Source: an uncultured Gemmatimonadales bacterium
GTDB lineage: Bacteria > Gemmatimonadota > Gemmatimonadetes > Longimicrobiales > RSA9
DNA: 64,000 nt
Direction of reading: 5' to 3'
Assembly: GCA_963708135.1 (NCBI GenBank)
Contig: OY970192.1
Span: 3,648,001 to 3,712,000, forward strand
Shown here: piece by piece, positions 57,630 to 64,000 of the stretch
Numbering within the stretch: the first letter of the stretch is position 1
How the letters are laid out: the number at the start of each line of letters is the position of its first letter
The notes under the pieces: generated by a model
What the model saw: only the letters and a program-made list of their open reading frames with translations
Databases searched by the model: none
Told to the model about the DNA's origin: nothing
Program-made: the position numbers and the translations under genes

Positions 57630-58994
57630 TCAGCCGAGGCCGTACTTCTCGAGGCGGTAGCGGAGCGTGTCGCGCGAGAGGCCGAGCAGCCTCGCGGCGC
57701 TGGTCTTGTTGCCGCCGGCGCGCTCGAGGGCCTGGCAGATCAGCTCGCGCTCGAGATCGTCGAGGCTCACGCCGGCGGCGGGCAGCACGAACGCGTGGCC
57801 GCTCGGGGTGGAGGAGCCGAGGATCTCCGGCGGGAGCTGCTCCAGCTGCACGGTGCCGTCGTCCTCGAGGAGCGCGATGCGTTCGAGGACGTTGCGAAGC
57901 TGCCGACCGTTGCCGGGCCACGGGTAGGCCTCGAGGGCCGCCATGGCGGGCGGCGAGATCGCGCGTGGTGGCTGGCGCATCTCGCGGCAGAGGATCTCGA
58001 GGAAGTGCGCGGCGAGGGGAGCGATGTCCTCCGGGCGCTCGCGCAGCGGCGGCAGCTCGATGCTGACCACGTTGAGGCGGTAGTAGAGGTCCTCCCTGAA
58101 GTCGCCCCTGGAGACCGCCGTCTCGAGATCGCGGTTGGTGGCGGCGATGACCTGCACGTCCACCTCGGTGTCGCGCACGCCGCCGACGCGCCGGAAGGAA
58201 TGGCTCTCGAGGAAGCCGAGCAGCTTGGCCTGCGCGGCGCGCGGCATGTCGCCGATCTCGTCGAGGAAGATGGTGCCGTTGTCGGCCAGCTCGAAGAGCC
58301 CCTTCTTGGGCTCGCGCGCGTCGGTGAAGGCGCCCGCCTCGTGGCCGAACAGCTCACTCTCGACCAGCATCTCGGGCAGCGCCGTGCAGTTGACGGCAAG
58401 GAAGGGGCGGCCGTGGCGCGGCCCGCGGGCGTGGATGGCGTGGGCGACGACGTCCTTCCCCGTCCCGCTCTCGCCGCGGATCAGCACGTTGGTCGGCGTG
58501 CCCCTGAGCGCGAGCCGAAGGACGAGCTCGGCGGTCTTCTTCATGGCGAAGGAGCGGCCGACGAGCGTGACGTCGGAGAACTGCCAGCGGTAGCCCTCGC
58601 GGTACTGCTCGAGCTCGTGGTGCAGGCGCCGTGTCTCGAGGGCCTGCTCGATCAGCAGGAGCAGCGCCGGCAGCTGGATCGGCTTCTCCAGGAAGTGGTG
58701 CGCGCCGGCCCGCACGGCGGCGACGGCGGTCTCCACCTCGCCGTAGGCCGTGATCATGATGACGGGAAGGCCGGCGTCGCGCTGCCTGATCCGGCCGAGC
58801 AGCTCGATGCCAGAGGCGTCCGGCAGGCGCAGGTCGAGCAGCACGAGGTCGGCAGGCGCGCGCTCGAGCGCCGCGACCAGCTCGGCGCCGTCGGCCACCG
58901 CCTCCGCCTCGTAGCCCACCTCGGCCAGGTGCTCCTGTAGCCAGAGCCGAATCAGCAGCTCGTCGTCGCAGATCAGGATGCGTTCCCGCGCCAT
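57630..58994 (-). CDS. Sigma54-dependent response regulator
   Basis: REC; GESGTGKD; GAFTDA; FLDEIG; WPGNGRQL; HTH. Confidence 0.94.
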   Translation of the reverse strand: MARERILICDDELLIRLWLQEHLAEVGYEAEAVADGAELVAALERAPADLVLLDLRLPDASGIELLGRIRQRDAGLPVIMITAYGEVETAVAAVRAGAHHFLEKPIQLPALLLLIEQALETRRLHHELEQYREGYRWQFSDVTLVGRSFAMKKTAELVLRLALRGTPTNVLIRGESGTGKDVVAHAIHARGPRHGRPFLAVNCTALPEMLVESELFGHEAGAFTDAREPKKGLFELADNGTIFLDEIGDMPRAAQAKLLGFLESHSFRRVGGVRDTEVDVQVIAATNRDLETAVSRGDFREDLYYRLNVVSIELPPLRERPEDIAPLAAHFLEILCREMRQPPRAISPPAMAALEAYPWPGNGRQLRNVLERIALLEDDGTVQLEQLPPEILGSSTPSGHAFVLPAAGVSLDDLERELICQALERAGGNKTSAARLLGLSRDTLRYRLEKYGLG

Positions 58995-60847
58995 TACCCT
59001 CGCTCCCCCCTGCCGGCGGCCGTGGCCGAACCGCCGAGCGGCAGCCGCACGATGAAGGTGGAGCCGCGCCCCAGGGCGCTCTCGACGCGGATGTTGCCGC
59101 CGTGCCGCTCCACGATCTCGTGGGTGATGGAAAGGCCCAGCCCGGTGCCGCTGTGGCGGGTCGTGAAGAACGGCCGGAAGACGTGCGGCAGGGTGTCCGA
59201 CGCGATGCCGCGCCCGGTGTCGGCGACCCGGTACTCGAGCGCGCCGTCCGCGGCCCTCGTCGACAGACGGACCTCGCCGCCGGCGGGTGTCGCCTGCACC
59301 GCGTTCATGAGCAGGTTGACCAGCGCCTGGCGCAGCATCTCCTCGTCGCCGGACAGCTCGGGCAGTCCCTCGCCGCAGTCCACGTCCAGGCGCACGCCGG
59401 CGTGCTCGGCGGCCGGCTGCACGAGCCGGGCGGCGCGCTCCGCCACGCGCCCCGGCGCCAGCGGTGCCAGCGCCGGCTGCGCGGGGCGCGCGAAGCTGAG
59501 CAGATCGCGCACGGCCGCCTCCATGCGCTGCAGCTGCCGCCCCATCTCGTCCATGATCGGCGCCACGGAAGCATCCTCCCCGGTCCGCCGCCTCACGAGG
59601 TCGAGCCCGTTGGATATGCCGACGAGCGGATTCTTGATCTCGTGGGCGACGCCGCTCGCCAGCTCCCCCACCGTGGCCAGCTGTTCGGCCCGCGCGATGT
59701 CGCGCCGGTGCAGCTCCTCCACACGCGCGGAGCTCTCCGCGAGCGCGGACGCCATCTCGTTGAAGGCCCGCTGAAGGGTGCCGATCTCATCCTGCTCGCG
59801 CGCCTCGACGCGTGCCGTCAGGTCCCCCCGCCCCAGCCGCCGCGCCGCATCCACCAGCCGCCCCACCGGAGCCACGACTCCGGCCGCGACCGCCCACGCG
59901 GCCACCGCCACCAGCAGCACCAGCAGCGCTTCGGCCAGCCCCGAGAGCCGGCCCAGCGTCCGCAGCGGACCGAGCGCGTCCTCCTGCGGAACCTCGAGGA
60001 TGTAGCGCCACGGAAGCCCCGGCACCCTCGTCGCCGCGACCATCATGCGCGTACCGTCCGGCCCGGTGTAGCGCAGCGGCGCGCCGCCCGGCCGCGCATT
60101 CAGCACTCCCGCCGGCAGCGGCCCGGCCCGCGCCGGCGGCAGGGGACCCGCCATGAAGATGGGCCGGCCCGCCGCGTCCACGACCACGCTCTCCAGCGGA
60201 CCCGAGAGCGGCGGCGCGATGTCCAGGAACGGAGCGAAGCGATGCGCCGCCACCACGCCCACCAGGAACGCCACGAACTGGCCCTCGCGACCCTGCAGCG
60301 GCACCATGAGCCGGAAACGGTCCTCCCCGCCCGCCGTGTTGACCACCTCGAAGGCGGGCGGCTCTCCCGACGGCGGCTGCTCGGACAGCGACGCCTCCAC
60401 GGGACCCGTCGCGGCAAGCACCCGCCCGGTCAGCGATTGCAGGTAGAGGAGATCGAACGAGGGCAGCCGCTCCAGCTTCGTGCGGAGGTGCCACACCACG
60501 GTGGCGCTGTCCGCCACCTGTCCCATCACGCCCGCCGGCTTGCCCTCGAGCCGCAGCGCCCCGGAGCCCAGGAACTCGTTGCCGGCCGCCAGCATCTGCA
60601 GCTCGAGCAGGTGACGGTCCACCTGGTCCCGCACGTGCCGCGCGCCCGCCCGCCCCAGCTCCGCCAGATAGCGCGACACCAGACCCTGGATGATCCGCTG
60701 GCTCTGGTAGTACCCGACGCCGTTCGAGATCACCAGCGGCAGGAGCGAGAAGACGAGCAGCCACGCCAGCAGCCGCCAGCGAAGGCGCCCGCGCAGCCCC
60801 GCGCGGACGACGCTCCCAGCCACTCTCAGCCTCGGCGACGGCACCAT
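58994..60847 (-). CDS. Sensor histidine kinase (Cache-like domain, HAMP)
   Basis: TM; DEIGTLQRAFNEM; AHEIKNPL; NLLMNAVQA; GTGLGL; TAATG coupling to the regulator. Confidence 0.9.
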   Translation of the reverse strand: MVPSPRLRVAGSVVRAGLRGRLRWRLLAWLLVFSLLPLVISNGVGYYQSQRIIQGLVSRYLAELGRAGARHVRDQVDRHLLELQMLAAGNEFLGSGALRLEGKPAGVMGQVADSATVVWHLRTKLERLPSFDLLYLQSLTGRVLAATGPVEASLSEQPPSGEPPAFEVVNTAGGEDRFRLMVPLQGREGQFVAFLVGVVAAHRFAPFLDIAPPLSGPLESVVVDAAGRPIFMAGPLPPARAGPLPAGVLNARPGGAPLRYTGPDGTRMMVAATRVPGLPWRYILEVPQEDALGPLRTLGRLSGLAEALLVLLVAVAAWAVAAGVVAPVGRLVDAARRLGRGDLTARVEAREQDEIGTLQRAFNEMASALAESSARVEELHRRDIARAEQLATVGELASGVAHEIKNPLVGISNGLDLVRRRTGEDASVAPIMDEMGRQLQRMEAAVRDLLSFARPAQPALAPLAPGRVAERAARLVQPAAEHAGVRLDVDCGEGLPELSGDEEMLRQALVNLLMNAVQATPAGGEVRLSTRAADGALEYRVADTGRGIASDTLPHVFRPFFTTRHSGTGLGLSITHEIVERHGGNIRVESALGRGSTFIVRLPLGGSATAAGRGERG

Positions 60848-61103
60848 TGCCCTTCCTCGACCCCTCGCCCGCAGCCCGCGGCGACTCCGCGGCCCACCGG
60901 ACGACGCTGCCCCGGAATATAGCGCGCGGACGGGCAAGACCGCCCGCCTCTCGTGGGGGCCACCCCTCCGGCGGGAGCGGGGCTTTTCCCCCTGCGTCCC
61001 GCGCCCGATCGGGGCAAATGGCCCACCCGGCGTCTCCCGACGGATGGGGTGGTGCAGCGCGCAGGTCGTTGCCTGCCAAGCCGTTGCGGCGGATGAACGG
61101 CGC

Positions 61104-61118
61104 CGGCTCGGGGCTTGC
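61104..61118 (+). promoter_or_regulatory. Putative sigma54 promoter divergent from the kinase/regulator operon
   Basis: CGGCTCG-GGGC-TTGC (GG-N10-GC). Confidence 0.55.
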
Positions 61119-61485
61119 CTTGAATGAAGCAACCGCCACCGGCACCCGCACCCGGCGGCGGTCTCCGGCCGGCATGCTGGAGACCGCCTTCATCGCCGGG
61201 CACCGGGAGTGCCGGGGCGAGCATACCGCCGGATCGACTTCAGCGCCTGGCCGGCCGCTCCTCCGGGAGCGCCGGAGCATCTCTTCGGCAGCGAGGCCCC
61301 GCCTGATTCGGGGCGGGCTTTCAGTCATACATATCGGGATTCCGAGCTGGGCTCCAGGCATACGGGCGGCCGTCCGCAGGTGGCGGTCGCGCCATACGCG
61401 CGGATTCGGATCCCCTCGCTCCGCCCACGCCGCGCCGCCGGCCTCCGCCGGGGCTCCGGCACGGGCCAAGGCCGTGGAGGCTGCC

Positions 61486-62166
61486 ATGAGCACGATGACC
61501 CGGGATCTGCCGCAGTCCGCGCCGCACGCCATCGGCCGGACCCGTCTGCTGGTCGGGAGCTGGACGGCCGCGGGCGGGGTGGCGGGCGGGTTGTTCGTGA
61601 CCACGCTGGTGCTGCTCGGCGACATGCACCCGGACGACGTGATGCTGCTCCTGACGGCGCTCCTGGTCGCCGTAGGCGCCGGCCTGGGGACGGTGCACGG
61701 CGCCGTGCTGGCGTGGCTGAGCCACCCGCCCAGGGAGGCGCCGCGCCCGGGCGGGCTGCTGTGGGATGCCGGGAGCGCCGCGGCAGGATTCACGGCGGCA
61801 CTGGTCATCTCGCTCTGGATCACGATGAGCGCGGCACTGCTGAGCGCGGGGATTGCGCTCGCCTGGCTGGGCGCGCTGACGGGGATCCCCGTCGCGGTCC
61901 TGCTCTGCCTGTGGGCGGCGGTAGTGGGCTGGGACGCGCTCCGGGCGGCCTACGGGCGCTGGCCGGAGCACCGACTCGGGTCCGTGCTGCTGGTCTCGGC
62001 CCTCGCGATCGTCACGGCGACCCTGCTCGCGCTGCGGCCGACGCTGCACTCGATGCACGTGGACATCTCGCCCCCGGTCGCGATCATGCTCGCCTGCCTG
62101 GCCACGCTCTGGGTGGCGGCGCCGGCGATCGTCGTGGCGCTCCACTACGGGCACTGGAGGCGCTGA
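61486..62166 (+). CDS. Hypothetical multi-pass membrane protein
   Basis: GGAGG RBS; about 6 hydrophobic segments. Confidence 0.7.
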   Translation: MSTMTRDLPQSAPHAIGRTRLLVGSWTAAGGVAGGLFVTTLVLLGDMHPDDVMLLLTALLVAVGAGLGTVHGAVLAWLSHPPREAPRPGGLLWDAGSAAAGFTAALVISLWITMSAALLSAGIALAWLGALTGIPVAVLLCLWAAVVGWDALRAAYGRWPEHRLGSVLLVSALAIVTATLLALRPTLHSMHVDISPPVAIMLACLATLWVAAPAIVVALHYGHWRR

Positions 62167-62212
62167 CGCCGGGCGCCCGCCTGGCGGCGGCACCCGCCGG
62201 GCAGCGATGGCG

Positions 62213-62252
62213 GAACGGGCAGGGGGTCGATGGATCGACTCCCTGCCCGTTC
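62213..62252. terminator. Strong hairpin between convergent genes
   Basis: GAACGGGCAGGGGGTCGAT pairs with ATCGACTCCCTGCCCGTTC. Confidence 0.7.
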
Positions 62253-62279
62253 ATATTCAGCCGAGGCGGCCGCGGCGGC

Positions 62280-64000
62280 TCATGAGTTCGGGTCGAGGAT
62301 CTCCTTCACCCGGTGCTCCGCGCCCATGAGGTGGTAGCGGGTCTCCTGGTCGGCGGCGCGGCCAATGGCGCGGTGGAGGTCCGCCTGGAGGGCGATGAGG
62401 GAGCCGCGTACCTGGGCCTTGGCCTCATCGTTCAGCGGCTCGGCGTGGCGGAACCCCGGGAATCGGGCGGGCGCCTGCGTCGCCTGCTCCTTGGGGTTGA
62501 GCTTGCCATCGAGCAGCGAGAGGTACTCCATTCTGGAGCCCGCGGCGGTAGGGATCGATGCGGACGCTGCCGTCGGCGAGCTCGGTCCAGATGCCGCGAC
62601 GGATGCCGTCCAGCAGGTCGGCCAGGGTGTAGCTCCTGCCCCCATCGAGCGCCTCGGTGTCCAGCAGCCGGTTCATGCGCTCGTCGTTCAGGAGGCTGGA
62701 GAGCACCCGGCCCTGCGCCCGATTGATGCGCGCGATCATGGCGTCCGGCTCGATGCGCCGCTCGATCTCCGGCCGGACCAGGTAGGTCGGCGTGCGGAAC
62801 ACGTTGTCATCGAGGAAGCGGACCGCGGCCGCCTGCCGCGCCGCGGGGATCGGCGTGTAGACGGCGCCCTTCTGGCTGCCGGACTTGTACTGGACGGAAG
62901 CGCCGCCGACGAGGGTGGTGACGTGGCTCGCCTCGGTGGCCCACTGGCCGACGGTGCGGTCGTAGATCTCCTGCAGGTCCTCGTTGTCCTCGCCCGGGCG
63001 GATGGCCGCCTCCTCGACGTAGCCGATGACGCGCCGGATGTTCCGGAAGCCGAGGCCTGTGGACTGCACGGGGTCGGCGTCGCCGACCGCCTCGGTGAGA
63101 GTGCCGTAGCCGCCGAAGGCGTTGCTGGCCGAGAAGCGGTACCAGGGGACGGTGTCCTGGATGGCGGCCCACTTCTCGAGGGTGGCTCGCTCGGCGTCGG
63201 GGGTCGAGGCGCCGGGGATCGGCTTGTAGCCCCACATGATGGCGTAGCGGTCGTAGGGGCCGATGCGGGGGATGATGTCCGAGATGGCAATGCCATCGCC
63301 GGGCTGCGCGACGTAGTTGAAGCGCGAGTAGTCCATGATGCTCGGCGAGTGGCCCATGCGGTGGACCCACGTGGGGCTGCGCACGCTGTCGGCCGGATAG
63401 GTGGAGCTGCCGAGCTGGTCGTGCTGGAGGCCGATCGTGTGGCCGATCTCGTGGGCCACCACGAACTCGAGCAGCCGACCCATGAGCGAGTCCGGCATCG
63501 GGAAGCTGCGGGCGCGCGGATCGAGCTGCGCGGCCTGCGTGAAGTACCAGTCGCGCTGCAGGTTCAGCACGTTCTGGAAGATGCGGACGGAGCCGTTCAG
63601 GATCTCGCCCGTGCGCGGATCGCTGACGTGCGGGCCGACCGCGTTCTCGACCGTGGACGGCAGCCAGCGGATCATGGTGTGGCGGATGTCCTCCGGCGAC
63701 CAGTCCGGGTCGTTCGCGGGCGGGTCCCTGGCGACGATTGCGTCCTTGAACCCCGCCGCCTCGAACGCCGGCTGCCAGTCCGTGATGGCCTTGCGGATCC
63801 ACGGCTTCCAGACATCGGGGGTGGCCGGGTCAACGTAGTAGACGAGCGGCTTCTTCGGCACGCACAGCTCGCCCACCCGCTGGTCCGAGCACTCGAGCCG
63901 GTAGCGGGTGATGTACTGCCGCTGCGCCGCCCGCTGCTCCGCCCCGAAGTCCACCTGCCGGATCGAGAAGAAGCCGACCCGCTCATCGAAGCGCCGCGGC
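62280..64000 (-). CDS. Zinc-dependent metalloprotease (DUF4953/DUF5117-like), 5' end outside the window, apparent +1 frameshift at about 62531
   Basis: [41 protein letters not shown]. The helical C-terminal domain continues in another frame to a stop at 62280. Confidence 0.88.

Noticed and set aside
15715..63986. Long antisense and alternative-frame ORFs (e.g. 29365-32322, 30408-33125, 27027-29228, 51098-53239) and long N-terminal extensions in the ORF track
   Set aside because: Arg/Pro/Gly/Ala-rich shadow ORFs expected at this GC content; they overlap well-supported genes and show no family motifs.

Overview
Very GC-rich bacterial chromosomal window; gene content (PadR plus ADOP permease, many secreted hydrolases and lipoproteins, Zn-metalloprotease) suggests Gemmatimonadota or Acidobacteriota (inference). 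Positions 1-14.6 kb hold a type I-E CRISPR-Cas locus on the minus strand (cas3-cas8e-cas11-cas7-cas5-cas6e-cas1-cas2) and an array of at least 77 spacers that runs off the left edge. cas2 is split by a 1206-bp IS630 element inserted at a duplicated TA, so interference looks intact but spacer acquisition is probably disabled. Overlapping spacers in the array imply an AAN PAM and record a second encounter with a mutated invader. Positions 15.4-23.2 kb hold a group 3b [NiFe]-hydrogenase operon interleaved with four phosphorelay genes. Positions 35.6-44.7 kb hold a redox cluster: TlpA, a TsdA-like diheme cytochrome c, two Tat-exported Rieske proteins, a four-His membrane protein, a sigma54 promoter, a kinase/sigma54-regulator pair and a porin/binding-protein pair. 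The rest includes a HipA-like kinase/DUF3037 pair, a DEAD-box helicase with a leader terminator, PPi-type PFK, several hydrolases and kinases, a second sigma54 system, intergenic repeats and two single-base frameshifts. No rRNA or tRNA was recognised. Family calls come from motif recognition, not database searches.
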